Source: a virus
Reading direction: 5' to 3' (one strand)
Length of the DNA: 64,000 nt
IMG/VR virus record: IMGVR_UViG_3300008954_000005
Location: 1 to 64,000 of that record
Shown here piece after piece: positions 9,536 through 19,285 of this stretch (position 1 is the first letter of the stretch; the number at the start of each line of letters is the position of its first letter). A program made the translations under genes and the position numbers. The notes under the pieces are model-generated. The model saw only the letters and a list, made by a program, of their open reading frames with translations. It was not told the origin of the DNA and ran no database searches.

Positions 9536-9895
9536 TCAATTTCCGCCTCCTCGCTGCAGAAGATGGGCAGAGTTATCTGAAAGCTTCTCTACTGCATCTA
9601 AGCGAGTTTCGATCTTGGCTACCTCTACAGAGAGATTTTCGAACTTCCCCTGTAGTGTTACGCCCTGTGCCTGCTGGTTTGTTATGGCGGTCTCTAAGCC
9701 ATCGATTCTCTGAGAGAGAACCTCCGACATGCGAGCAACGTCACTCTTTAACTCTGAAAGAGTGACCGAGTTGCCCGTCTCGTATTGAGTGAGCGCATCT
9801 CGCAATGACCGGTGTTGTTTCGTGACTACCAGAATCGCCGGAGTCAACGCACTAATGATGCCCAGGATCGTAGTGATGATGTACGCTGAATCCAT
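9536..9895 (-). CDS. membrane-anchored coiled-coil protein
   Basis: N-terminal TM followed by heptad-like region. Confidence 0.6.
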   Translation of the reverse strand: MDSAYIITTILGIISALTPAILVVTKQHRSLRDALTQYETGNSVTLSELKSDVARMSEVLSQRIDGLETAITNQQAQGVTLQGKFENLSVEVAKIETRLDAVEKLSDNSAHLLQRGGGN

Positions 9896-9974
9896 CTAGA
9901 TTACACCCTTTGTGAAGTTTTTATTCAGCCCTAATAACGTAAGGCTGCTTCATACACAAAAAGTATAACCTCTA

Positions 9975-10379
9975 CTACTCCTCGGAAGAAGTCCCTGGAT
10001 CGTCTTCGGAAACCTCTTCTTGGTTTTCTGGTGGCGTAACGCCCCAGTAGGCGTGAAGATCATCATGAGTCTGTAGCTCCTTCTGGAAGGCTAGGAACTC
10101 CTCATAGTTGGTGATCTCCTTCTCAAGGAGGACCTTCATCTGCGCAAAGGTGAAACTCTCCAGCCGATTAATGGCCTGTCCAGACATCTGGAAGGCTTTC
10201 ATGAGTTCCGTGAGAAGCCCCTCGCACTGACCTAGGCGCTGATTGAAGGTATCGAGAACCTCTTGAAGGCTCATCTGCTTGGGGGCTTCGGCTTCTTCCT
10301 GTGCCCCTTCTTCACTTTTTCCCTCGTTTCGGCTTAGGTTTGCTTGGGGGTTTTTTTCTTGCTGTTCTTGAACGTCCAT
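9975..10379 (-). CDS. hypothetical acidic protein
   Basis: 134-aa ORF in minus-strand operon. Confidence 0.6.
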   Translation of the reverse strand: MDVQEQQEKNPQANLSRNEGKSEEGAQEEAEAPKQMSLQEVLDTFNQRLGQCEGLLTELMKAFQMSGQAINRLESFTFAQMKVLLEKEITNYEEFLAFQKELQTHDDLHAYWGVTPPENQEEVSEDDPGTSSEE

Positions 10380-10656
10380 TTGGTTTCGTCTCCAACGAAT
10401 TTAGTTTGTTAAGTTCTTCGCGTTCCGTCTTAATAAGCTCGGAAATATTATCAATAACTGACTCGATAGCCTTATTAGAAACAGTGGGGTTAAGGCACAC
10501 ACCCTCTTCCTCAATCTTTAACTTCTCCGGGTCTAACTCTACATCTGATGGTAAGAATTCTTCAAGATAACCGATAACGTCTTCAAGAACAGCAAGCCGA
10601 TGCTGTTTATCTGTAATCGCCTTTAGTACCTCTTCGATCTTCATCTTATGCCTCAA
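10312..10656 (-). CDS. hypothetical protein with basic C-terminus
   Basis: overlapping neighbours in operon. Confidence 0.55.
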   Translation of the reverse strand: MRHKMKIEEVLKAITDKQHRLAVLEDVIGYLEEFLPSDVELDPEKLKIEEEGVCLNPTVSNKAIESVIDNISELIKTEREELNKLNSLETKPNGRSRTARKKPPSKPKPKRGKK

Positions 10657-11281
10657 TAAGAGCCTTAAACCTAATTGCTAGGTCTCCGCCCCCAACAGTA
10701 TCTTTCATAATACTCTTCAAAGCGTAGAAGACGCAGTCCCTGTCTCTAGCGGCCTCTACCTTCTTCTGGTACTTGAGAAAGGATCGGTCATTAGAATAAA
10801 GATAGTTTCGGGCCTCCTGGAATTTGGAATCCTGCTTAGTGCGGACCATATATACATCTGCACTTCCAGAAAGCAAGTTAAAGAACTCAGACATTCTTTC
10901 AGCAATCTTACTAGACTGCATATTAAACCCGTAACTATCTGGCAAGTTTTCCCGTATACATACTGTTGAGCATACGGGACAAATAACAGGCAAGGAATAC
11001 CAATTGTCGTATTTCTCCTGTAGCTGCCTCGGCCACGAATTTATATCACCATCCCCAGCGGCCTCGGCCTCCCGCTCGGACATAGTGAATACGTCAGAGA
11101 AGAACCCCTTGCACCCAGTGGCAGGACAAAACTTAAGAAGCTCATCACCCTTCCCAAACATCCCCGCCTTCTTCCACAAATTAAAGGAGCCAAGAATATT
11201 GGAGGTATTGGGCTTGAACACAGTACTCACCTGAATAATGTGCTCAGCGACTAAGTTATTAGGATCTAATATCAAACTCAT
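10646..11281 (-). CDS. hypothetical zinc-binding protein
   Basis: CPATGC...CPVC. Confidence 0.65.
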   Translation of the reverse strand: MSLILDPNNLVAEHIIQVSTVFKPNTSNILGSFNLWKKAGMFGKGDELLKFCPATGCKGFFSDVFTMSEREAEAAGDGDINSWPRQLQEKYDNWYSLPVICPVCSTVCIRENLPDSYGFNMQSSKIAERMSEFFNLLSGSADVYMVRTKQDSKFQEARNYLYSNDRSFLKYQKKVEAARDRDCVFYALKSIMKDTVGGGDLAIRFKALIEA

Positions 11282-11285
11282 TGGA

Positions 11286-11738
11286 TTACCTTAGTGGGTG
11301 CACCCTCTTCTGCTGCTCAGAGGTGTAGCCTGCTGAAGACGGTAACGGAACCTCAATCATCCCGCGCTCATCGCCCTGATTAGTGACGTTCCTCACGCCA
11401 GCGTTTTCCACAACATCTACACAGGTTGTGAATAACTTCCTAATGGCCTGCACAGCCTCGTCCAAAGACTCGTCGGACTCAAAGATCAAGACCCAACCGA
11501 AAACCAAGCGGCCCTCGTTCAGAAAATACTTCTTACCAATGAAGGAATACCACCCCTCCTCGTTGTCCAAAAACTCATTGAGAATTCGAAGCCAGCGGGG
11601 TTCATCATTCACTCGGGTAAGGAACCGAATGTCCCCGTTCCTACTCGAAACAGAGACTACCTCCATACACCCCATAGAATCTAAGGTGTCTTTCATCTCT
11701 AATTGGAGTTTCTCCATTGTTCTTTTCTTGGCCATCAT
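11286..11738 (-). CDS. hypothetical protein
   Basis: AGGAGA RBS; operon context. Confidence 0.65.
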   Translation of the reverse strand: MMAKKRTMEKLQLEMKDTLDSMGCMEVVSVSSRNGDIRFLTRVNDEPRWLRILNEFLDNEEGWYSFIGKKYFLNEGRLVFGWVLIFESDESLDEAVQAIRKLFTTCVDVVENAGVRNVTNQGDERGMIEVPLPSSAGYTSEQQKRVHPLR

Positions 11739-11745
11739 CTGTCTC

Positions 11746-12291
11746 CTATGTAGTTATTTTATAACCATGTGTAAGGTCGTTTAGCGCGTTTTGTTTGGTT
11801 GGGCCTCCCAAGAGAACGACCACATCTTTCTCTAGAGGCTCGGTCTCTAACAAGCGAAGACCTATAAAATTGATGAACTCAGTCCCTTCGTACAAAGGGA
11901 GGGTAAGCACAGACGGTATACCGAGCCAGTCCTTAAAGAAGTCTACAGAGCCAACGAACAAGTGCGTGGCTTGGTTCCCAGCACCATTCAGCTTAAGCAT
12001 GGCGTCCATAAGGGCGTCTCTTGGCGGCTTAGAAGAAACAACTTCCTCTAGAACTACCCGAGCCAACACTGATTCCGGCGCTTCGTCCGGTGGCGCAATG
12101 TGGAGAGAGTCGGATATGTCTTTATACCAAGACACTTCGATGGGCCTTCCCGTCCGTAAATGCACAGACTGCACATACGGTTTTGTTAGGACTCTGCGAA
12201 GAACCTCAATAATACCCTCGGCCGTAGAGGGCATGCTGAGTTCCTCGACAGAAAGAACAAGCGATTCGGGTACAGAAGAGGTCTCACTCAT
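11746..12291 (-). CDS. hypothetical protein
   Basis: ATGA coupling to upstream ORF. Confidence 0.65.
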   Translation of the reverse strand: MSETSSVPESLVLSVEELSMPSTAEGIIEVLRRVLTKPYVQSVHLRTGRPIEVSWYKDISDSLHIAPPDEAPESVLARVVLEEVVSSKPPRDALMDAMLKLNGAGNQATHLFVGSVDFFKDWLGIPSVLTLPLYEGTEFINFIGLRLLETEPLEKDVVVLLGGPTKQNALNDLTHGYKITT

Positions 12292-12452
12292 ATCTGATCC
12301 ACTTGCACTTTCTTGTTGGTCTTTTGTCTCAGTCTCTCAAGGTACTGAATAATAATTTCGGTCATGGTTGTGTCGTTCTGCGCTGCGTGCAGCTTCAACC
12401 ACTTATGCAAATCAGCGGATATTCTGATCTGCATCATTTTTTTACCAGTCAT
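12288..12452 (-). CDS. ribbon-helix-helix DNA-binding protein
   Basis: GGAGG RBS; MTGKKMMQIRISADLHKWLKLHAAQNDTTMTEIIIQYLE has the RHH pattern. Confidence 0.7.
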   Translation of the reverse strand: MTGKKMMQIRISADLHKWLKLHAAQNDTTMTEIIIQYLERLRQKTNKKVQVDQI

Positions 12453-12840
12453 GTGCTTTATAACCTCCGGAATAACCCTGTTAAAACAGATTTCGTTTTC
12501 TAATTCGCCCGCGTACCGTCGTTTTCCCAGGAAAACCTGACAAAACCACTTCTTGGTGTTCTTGTTGGGCTCGTACGTAGTAATTGCGGAGAGTAGTTCC
12601 CTAGCTGGGGCACTTTGTGGGAAGGTGCTCGTACCAAAGCCAAGACCAGACCGCGCATATGCGGCGGCTGAGAACAGCTTTTTTGATATCTTAGAGTCTT
12701 CATGTGCCTTATCCCCACAATTCCTAGTTTTTGTTATACGAAGCCTTGGTGGGTTAACCCCTCCGCAATTCTTACAAGGCTTTCGTCTCGGTGTGTTCGT
12801 CCTTCTTGGTCGCCCACATGTTGCGCATACCCAATACTCA

Positions 12841-13200
12841 TTAAAATTGCTGTGTAGACTCAGTTGACGTCCAAGCATCTGAGTCATCCTCAGCAGTAGT
12901 TTCATCTTCATTCCCAGACGAAATGATCTGGTTCAGGCGTTCTCGTAAGACAGCCTCATCGACAGTCCCATTTCCCTCGGAAACCTCTTCTTCCGAAGCT
13001 TCTTGTTCTTCAATGTCCAACATGTCCCCAAAGGGAACCTGGGTTAGAAGATATTGCGCCTGATCATCCGTGATCGGCAGTGAAAAATCTCTGCCTGACC
13101 CTAAATCCAGCAGAAGAAGTTCTACTGTCTGTTCGCCGCCAAATAAGACGGTGTTTGCGAGTCCGATAATAAGGACTCCTTTGTTAACTTCGACACTCAT
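12841..13200 (-). CDS. hypothetical acidic protein
   Basis: ATGA coupling. Confidence 0.6.
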   Translation of the reverse strand: MSVEVNKGVLIIGLANTVLFGGEQTVELLLLDLGSGRDFSLPITDDQAQYLLTQVPFGDMLDIEEQEASEEEVSEGNGTVDEAVLRERLNQIISSGNEDETTAEDDSDAWTSTESTQQF

Positions 13201-13520
13201 ATCTTTTTATCCTCCAAGGGGGTAACCATAATGGGACCAGCCGCAAACGCTCTTTCCAGAACAGCTTTTGTTCTGTCTCTCTCGTCAACTGCTGTCTTGA
13301 GAACATACGGAAACTTAGCCCGTTTGTACTTCTCAAAGCACTCTTGCTTCATCTTCGTATCTGTATGTAATCCAGTAAGTAATCCATAAAACTCTTGCTC
13401 CTGCCTATAACGAAACACCAGTATGCAGAGAGCCTCCTTCAGGCTTCCCGGCACGGGTGGAGCGGCAAGTTTGTCGTAAAACAAATTGGCCCGTGCCCAG
13501 CCCAGAGGAGACTCTAGCCA
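13197..13520 (-). CDS. putative frameshift extension of tail assembly chaperone (gpGT-like C-terminal part)
   Basis: -1 frame open through the A AAA AAT slippery site; no strong independent start. Confidence 0.55.
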   Translation of the reverse strand, partial: WLESPLGWARANLFYDKLAAPPVPGSLKEALCILVFRYRQEQEFYGLLTGLHTDTKMKQECFEKYKRAKFPYVLKTAVDERDRTKAVLERAFAAGPIMVTPLEDKKI

Positions 13521-14248
13521 TTTTTTAGTTGACCAAAGTCATCATCAGACAACCTCTCCACACGGTCGGCAAACCAACTAAGATTAACCAGTAGGTACTC
13601 CACAGGCTTTTCCCCGAGATCCATAATCTTGTCGAACTTGTTTCGGAACAAAGCCTCGTCAATCACCTTCGTCTCGTCTGTCCTGTGAACAGGCCCAAAC
13701 TCTCTCCCATTTAATGAGAGAATAGACAACGTGAGTCTGGCGTACCCCATCCAACTCCGAAGAGCCCAGTCAGACAAAGCTTCCTTCTCGGCTTGGCGCT
13801 CTACCCAAAAGTTCTCAGACGCCTTCAGCGAGTGGTACTCAACCTCAAGCTTCCCTGGGAGGATAGGGATTTGCTGGCTAACACGGCCGGTGAGGACAAG
13901 GTCCGCAAAATCCATCTCATCGCAGCGCTCCTCAATAGCCCTACGGGTGTCTGGGTTGTCGGCAACAGTTCCTCGATAGAACGTGGGGTCATTCCGATAG
14001 GCCTCAGTGATTTCCTCAGGAACCTCATCGATAACCACACGATTCTTTTCAATCTCCTCTTGCTCTTTAGCGGCCTCGTCCCTTTGGGACTGGACCTCTT
14101 TAGCAAAAGCTGCCACCTGCTCCATCGTCTCGGGCCGAGCCCTGTCCGATAGGTTCCGTGTGGGGGGCGGCTTTGCCTCTGGCTCTTCTTCTGGTTGGCC
14201 GATTCTTCCTTTTACAGAATCGATATTGGGGCGCTTACGCTTGGCCAT
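13514..14248 (-). CDS. putative tail assembly chaperone (gpG-like)
   Basis: ends cta aaa aat ggc tag (LKNG*) at a slippery heptamer; acidic helical protein. Confidence 0.55.
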   Translation of the reverse strand: MAKRKRPNIDSVKGRIGQPEEEPEAKPPPTRNLSDRARPETMEQVAAFAKEVQSQRDEAAKEQEEIEKNRVVIDEVPEEITEAYRNDPTFYRGTVADNPDTRRAIEERCDEMDFADLVLTGRVSQQIPILPGKLEVEYHSLKASENFWVERQAEKEALSDWALRSWMGYARLTLSILSLNGREFGPVHRTDETKVIDEALFRNKFDKIMDLGEKPVEYLLVNLSWFADRVERLSDDDFGQLKNG

Positions 14249-15098
14249 CTACTTTGTCCTCCAGTACTGTTTTAAACGGAAACCCCGCTACGTCCCACTT
14301 CCTTTTCGTGATGTGATAGTGAGCTAGGTGTCCTTGATAATTTTCAGGGTTTTCGATGATTGTTGCTTCTTCCGGGGAAGATAGTGGTATAGAAAAGGTT
14401 TCATTAATAAAAGACGCTAGTTTTGTGGCAGTTTCAATCTGCGCGTCATAATAACCGAGCAGGGTGCGGTCCTTCCCATGAACCGTGGCTTCGATTACAG
14501 GTCTAGGACCCCACCTCCGCTCGTAATAAGATTGATACCTTGTATAAACGGCATTTGATACAGAAATGCCAATAGAGCGCTTGTTGACCTCACGGTGTCC
14601 CGCGTGCCAACCAACGTGTTTTGATAAGTCTAGGTGTTGTAGGAAAGTCCCGTCGTTGTCTATAACCCCGTGATACGACAACCCCCTCCGCTTTAGAATT
14701 TTGTAGCAGGACTCCCCGCTTAACGCTGCATCCCAATGCCATACCGCCTGAATGGGCTCCTCTGTCCTGCTTGAGTGGCCCCCTAGACCGATAAGAGAAT
14801 AAGGTGAATTAGGCCCAGCCGGTTGAGCGGGAAAATCGACAGGTGTGACCAGCCCCCCAACAAGAACAAAGCCTTTCGCGTCTGGGTACTCCTCGATGCG
14901 TTTGAACTCCGCGACAGTCTGAAGTCTTAGCCATGTCATTGGCCCGACCTTTCCGTCTGCGTCCAGTTCGTGCTTCAGTTGAAATTCGACTACTGCGGCA
15001 ACGGTGTCTGCCATTGTCGCATCACAGGCAAGCCCAAGGTGCTCAGGTCCCCACCCGTACTTATCCATTGTCTTCTTATTGTATTCTGCGGCGGTCAC
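14235..15098 (-). CDS. endolysin: peptidoglycan-binding domain + N-acetylmuramoyl-L-alanine amidase (Amidase_2)
   Basis: 'AVVEFQLKHELDADGKVGPMTW' PG-binding motif; VWHWD, SYHGVID, GWHAG, NKRSIGI, AHYHI...KWD amidase motifs. Confidence 0.85.
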   Translation of the reverse strand: MTAAEYNKKTMDKYGWGPEHLGLACDATMADTVAAVVEFQLKHELDADGKVGPMTWLRLQTVAEFKRIEEYPDAKGFVLVGGLVTPVDFPAQPAGPNSPYSLIGLGGHSSRTEEPIQAVWHWDAALSGESCYKILKRRGLSYHGVIDNDGTFLQHLDLSKHVGWHAGHREVNKRSIGISVSNAVYTRYQSYYERRWGPRPVIEATVHGKDRTLLGYYDAQIETATKLASFINETFSIPLSSPEEATIIENPENYQGHLAHYHITKRKWDVAGFPFKTVLEDKVDGQA

Positions 15099-15354
15099 GT
15101 TTCTTGTCCTCCGGGTTTACAAACCGGCCATTCCCGGTTGTTTTTCTACACCCATTACAACTGAATGAGCCCCAATTCCTGTGCGCAGCGAAGCTTAGGC
15201 ACTGGTCGTAGTTGGGGCAGTCCATGTGTCTTGGAACTTTCTTGGCTTCAGAAGCCAATTCAAATGGGCCTATCCCATTATTTTTGTCAGCCGACGCGGC
15301 CATGAGCTTGCCGATGCATTCCCATAGCCCTCTCTGGTCGTTCGCTTTAATCAT
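15076..15354 (-). CDS. small Cys-rich hypothetical protein
   Basis: DCPNYDQCL...FSCNGC; GAGG RBS. Confidence 0.55.
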   Translation of the reverse strand: MIKANDQRGLWECIGKLMAASADKNNGIGPFELASEAKKVPRHMDCPNYDQCLSFAAHRNWGSFSCNGCRKTTGNGRFVNPEDKKRDRRRIQ

Positions 15355-15904
15355 TCGTATCCTCAAGCATGGAGGAGTACTCGTAGAATCTCTTAAGAAA
15401 CCGAGCCTCTGCGGGTCCAGGGGGAAGTGTGGCCAACGCCACCTCCTCATCAGCGAAAGGAGCTACCGATCTAAATTCCCTGGCCAAAATCACCTTATCT
15501 GCTTGATGGACCTCGTCGGGCCAGGGGTACTCGATAGAGAACCTTTCCGCAACACACCGCTCTACCGTAGCCTCAATCTCTTTAAATTCAGACAAGAGGG
15601 TCTTTAGCGGAGACACTACGTCCCCGATGTACGTCTCCGCAGCATCGTGGAGAAGACCAGCAAGAGCAATCTTGGGATCCTTTGTCTGAGAGAACACCAT
15701 ATCAGCGACTAATACCGAATGCTCCGCAACAGAGTAGTGCTCCGTTGTGTGGCCGTTGAACCGACACTGGAGGGATAGGGCGTGGGCTATGTCCTCAATA
15801 GTAACCTCCTCAACCTTGGGATCTAGATAGTAGAACCTACCCCCACCCCAAGTGTGGATCCAAGGGCCTCTGTCTGCGTCAATTGTGGCGTCATCTAAGG
15901 GCAT
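15347..15904 (-). CDS. HD-domain phosphohydrolase (YfbR/YfdR-like 5'-deoxynucleotidase)
   Basis: IEDIAHALS..CRFNGH..YSVAEHS..LLHDAAETYIGD. Confidence 0.85.
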   Translation of the reverse strand: MPLDDATIDADRGPWIHTWGGGRFYYLDPKVEEVTIEDIAHALSLQCRFNGHTTEHYSVAEHSVLVADMVFSQTKDPKIALAGLLHDAAETYIGDVVSPLKTLLSEFKEIEATVERCVAERFSIEYPWPDEVHQADKVILAREFRSVAPFADEEVALATLPPGPAEARFLKRFYEYSSMLEDTND

Positions 15905-16021
15905 CTTGCGTCTCCAGCGATTAGTATATACTTCATTGCTTTCAATACAGCAAACATTATCGGTATTTCAGTATAAGTATCTTGCAGAGTCAACCTAGCA
16001 CATAACCATAGGAGATAAGTA

Positions 16022-16777
16022 ATGGGACTAGACTGGTGTGTACGTGACCGGGTCATAGAGGGCCAAGAAGCAAACAACGTGTTCGCTGAGGCGCACTGTG
16101 CACGGATAAACGGAGAGATAAGTGAAGCTTATCGAGTATATTTAGAAACCAATGGTTTGGAAAGCCCAACCGCCTTCCCAAACGATGTAACAATGGCATT
16201 TCACGCTACCCCAGCGTACGCCAGCCTTGAGGCCGAGCTAAGTCGATGGGAAGAAACCAGACTGCTTTGCGTGGTGACACCAATGCAAACACTGGGGGCT
16301 CCCCAAATTGGCGTAGACCCCGAAGCTGACGAGTGGGCGATTAATTATTACAATGAAATAACCAGTGAAATCAAGAGTAAACCCAACCCCACAGAGAGGC
16401 TAGCTACTTTCTTAAAGATGTTCCCTACCACCGAGGAATACATCGAGAAGAACTCTGGAAAGTACGTAGCTGAGCTAGCCAAGAACAAGGGAGGTCTTGG
16501 GAAAGTAATTGGGATGTGTGTGGGTCCTGAGTCCTTTCGTGGAAAGATGCTCCGGTACATGGAGTGGCTTGACGAAAATCTTCAAAACCAAGCCTACGAA
16601 AACCACGAGCCTTCTGAGCTTGAGGCATATGGAAGGAGGCTTCTTGAAGCAGCCGTTAAGCAGGAGCCCAACGCAAAAACAGAGGAACAGAAAGAAGAAG
16701 TACAAACCCTAAAGGACGCCGCAGCTTGGTGTATCTTTTGGGGTGAGAACGGCCACGCAATGGCCGCTTGGTATTAA
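16022..16777 (+). CDS. hypothetical protein
   Basis: AGGAGA RBS; GTATAAG motif at 15971; MGLD start and AWY end. Confidence 0.7.
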   Translation: MGLDWCVRDRVIEGQEANNVFAEAHCARINGEISEAYRVYLETNGLESPTAFPNDVTMAFHATPAYASLEAELSRWEETRLLCVVTPMQTLGAPQIGVDPEADEWAINYYNEITSEIKSKPNPTERLATFLKMFPTTEEYIEKNSGKYVAELAKNKGGLGKVIGMCVGPESFRGKMLRYMEWLDENLQNQAYENHEPSELEAYGRRLLEAAVKQEPNAKTEEQKEEVQTLKDAAAWCIFWGENGHAMAAWY

Positions 16778-16838
16778 CCCTAGAGGGGGTTGGGTCGCAC
16801 ATGACTCAACCCCCTCTTTTTATCGAAAGAGAGGCCTA

Positions 16839-17210
16839 ATGAAAGTATTCACTGCAGGAAACGCCCACAACATGCTTGGGGTTCGAACAAAGTTTGCACT
16901 TGGAAAAGTTGTTGCGACCAACAACTTCATAGACACGGTTCTAGACAAATGCTTCGGTGCGACAGCAGAGGAAATCAAAGAGTCTGAGTACGACAACGAA
17001 GTAGCCGATGAGGCGATGAAGGCCCTAATTCGCCACGCACATGGTGACTGGGGTGAGGTCTGTGACGAGGACAAGAAGCGCAACGACGAATCCGTAAAAG
17101 ATGGAACACAAATACTGTCTGTTTACACATCCCAAAACGGAATCAAGTTCTGGGTAATCACTGAGGGAGATCGCTCAGTCACTACGATACTTCTGCCAGA
17201 GGATTACTAA
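16839..17210 (+). CDS. conserved plasmid/phage hypothetical protein
   Basis: 'RHAHGDWGEVCDED...WVITEGDRSVTTILLPEDY' family motif. Confidence 0.7.
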   Translation: MKVFTAGNAHNMLGVRTKFALGKVVATNNFIDTVLDKCFGATAEEIKESEYDNEVADEAMKALIRHAHGDWGEVCDEDKKRNDESVKDGTQILSVYTSQNGIKFWVITEGDRSVTTILLPEDY

Positions 17211-17212
17211 TA

Positions 17213-17395
17213 ATGAATGAACTGCTAGCTGAGTACCAAGACCGCATGGGTTGGAACGAACAATCACTACTAAGCATCATGTCCGACTACATCGAATATA
17301 CCAGTAAGCCAGACCACGAGTGTCTGCCTTTTAGGGACTACATAGAGAACCGGGCTTTGGAAGAAGAGGCCATGGGAGAAGAGGAGGAAGAATGA
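17213..17395 (+). CDS. small acidic hypothetical protein
   Basis: coupled to neighbours. Confidence 0.55.
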   Translation: MNELLAEYQDRMGWNEQSLLSIMSDYIEYTSKPDHECLPFRDYIENRALEEEAMGEEEEE

Positions 17396-17826
17396 CATCA
17401 CCAAACGATCAAGATCCACCTGACTACGTCACGGGGGACACAGAAGAGAACGCGTTCTTTGAAACTATATATGAGAAGTTTCCTTGGCTAATGGCCGTAG
17501 AGGAGATGCTTGGAGATGACGTAGTGTTCACCGGGGAGCCCATTGAGGGAGTCCACGAGATGCTCACGTTCGTTATCAACGAGTCTGTTAAATGGGGGCG
17601 GGAAAACGAACGAGTCGAATCAGGCGAGTACCTACAACAATTAGAACAAGAAGCCCTCGACGCCATTAGTATGGTTCTAGACGCCGCTACAGAAGAAGGT
17701 CACGAACTAAGTGACAGCGAAATCTGTAACGCTATTGATTGGGAGCAGCATTGGGAGCAGCTTAGAAAAACAGAGAAAAAGTGGAAAGAAACCTGGGGGT
17801 GGTACTCAGAAGGAGAAAGAACATGA
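17392..17826 (+). CDS. hypothetical protein
   Basis: ATGA coupling. Confidence 0.6.
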   Translation: MTSPNDQDPPDYVTGDTEENAFFETIYEKFPWLMAVEEMLGDDVVFTGEPIEGVHEMLTFVINESVKWGRENERVESGEYLQQLEQEALDAISMVLDAATEEGHELSDSEICNAIDWEQHWEQLRKTEKKWKETWGWYSEGERT

Positions 17827-18056
17827 GAAATTATGGATTACCAGAGTCAGATGTCTTGAGTAAACCAGTGGCAAAACCGGTTCAATCCGGTGGCGCTTTC
17901 GTACAATGCCCAAACTGTGGGTGCGAACAGATGATGGAGATTACCCTTCAGGTCAAGCAAGACCTGATCGCATCAACCACATCTACAGGCACCTACGTTG
18001 GTTGCCCAGCTTGTCCCTTTGCTAGCCCAATGGTTGTCATCGGGAATAAGGACTAA
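17823..18056 (+). CDS. zinc-ribbon hypothetical protein
   Basis: CPNCGC...CPAC. Confidence 0.6.
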   Translation: MRNYGLPESDVLSKPVAKPVQSGGAFVQCPNCGCEQMMEITLQVKQDLIASTTSTGTYVGCPACPFASPMVVIGNKD

Positions 18057-18064
18057 AGTGTTTT

Positions 18065-18589
18065 ATGGGAGATCGAACATACGTCCGTATCGCCGTCCAC
18101 CCCCTAGATTGGCATCTTGTCTACAACCTATTCGACGCCGATGAATCGATTTCTTCCTTGAAGGCTTTGGTGGAACAGCGCAGTGAGGGGTTCGATTCCT
18201 CAAAGATACACTGTTCCGATTGGATCTCATTACAAGAAACGCCATACAAAGCTGTTGAAGTAGAGGTCTACGAAGCCAACTATGGCTGGTACGATGAGAT
18301 GCATGAAGCTGCTAGTACCGGGGCCAGATTTTACGGCTACCATAGTTACGGTGGCGATTATGATTGTGGCGAATGCATTGGCTATGGTTTCAAAGCCCAC
18401 TACCTACGAGTAACCCGTGAACAAGAACCCTATGCCAGGGTGCTTGGAGGAGAAGTAGTCGAAGACGATGTGAGACAGATTAGAGAACATATCGAAGCTG
18501 AAAATAAATTCATTGCTTCAGTAAACCTACTGCCCCCCACCTGGGAGGAGATTATCGAATTATGCCCCCCCAAGACGCTAAATGGGTAA
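18065..18589 (+). CDS. hypothetical protein
   Basis: 174-aa ORF in operon. Confidence 0.6.
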   Translation: MGDRTYVRIAVHPLDWHLVYNLFDADESISSLKALVEQRSEGFDSSKIHCSDWISLQETPYKAVEVEVYEANYGWYDEMHEAASTGARFYGYHSYGGDYDCGECIGYGFKAHYLRVTREQEPYARVLGGEVVEDDVRQIREHIEAENKFIASVNLLPPTWEEIIELCPPKTLNG

Positions 18590-18816
18590 GCACAGATACC
18601 TGGATTTGTATGAACCACATTCCGGCTGCGAGACTTCCGGCTGGCTTAGAGAAGTGCTGGTATCAGGACTGTTCTGTGCGACCCGCTCGACCACGACCTG
18701 TTTGTTCGTGGGATAGTTGCGAGTCCACCGCGAGAGAAAAATCCAAGTACTGCTCCCGTACGTGCTCAAACAAGAACGCCAGAAAACGGCACCGAGAGCG
18801 CAAGAAGGTTGCGTAA
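18582..18816 (+). CDS. CGNR-like zinc-finger small protein
   Basis: CSWDSC...KYCSRTCSNKNARKRHR; start uncertain. Confidence 0.5.
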
Positions 18817-18997
18817 AGGAGAGAAACTTGCCTTACGTACATGACAAGCAAAGCGCGAAAGAGATGCTTGATGCTGTCCACTTCTGGGCAAACATATTCA
18901 AGAGAATCGGTGCGTGGATAAAGAAAACAACCCTTCGGGTTTTTTGTAGACATAGACAAAAGGAGGACCAACCTAACGACTGACAAAGGAGAGCCCA

Positions 18998-19285
18998 ATG
19001 CAGCCAAACCAAGGCACCGTCTTTTATGAAGAAGTACACGCAGAAACACCAGAAGAGGGTCTCTGCCAAATAGACGCTGAAGTGCAGCATTCCAAGATCG
19101 TGATGTGCCGCGTACCTAGGGGAAAAGACCCCTATACGTTCGCAAACCAAATGCTAGAAAATTCAGACCCAAGAGTGGGTGAGAACCAAGTTGCCTGTAT
19201 AAACATAACCTTGTCCTCACGTAATAAAAAGAAGAAGAGGCAGAATGAACTACCTCTATGGCTATTCTTTGGATGGGAGGAATAA
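18998..19285 (+). CDS. hypothetical protein
   Basis: AAGGAG RBS; TAATG coupling to next gene. Confidence 0.55.
   Translation: MQPNQGTVFYEEVHAETPEEGLCQIDAEVQHSKIVMCRVPRGKDPYTFANQMLENSDPRVGENQVACINITLSSRNKKKKRQNELPLWLFFGWEE

Noticed and set aside
12288-12911. 207-aa ORF as a single gene
   Set aside because: A strong GGAGG RBS precedes an internal ATG at 12452 giving a clean RHH protein. The upstream part overlaps another gene and is unsupported.
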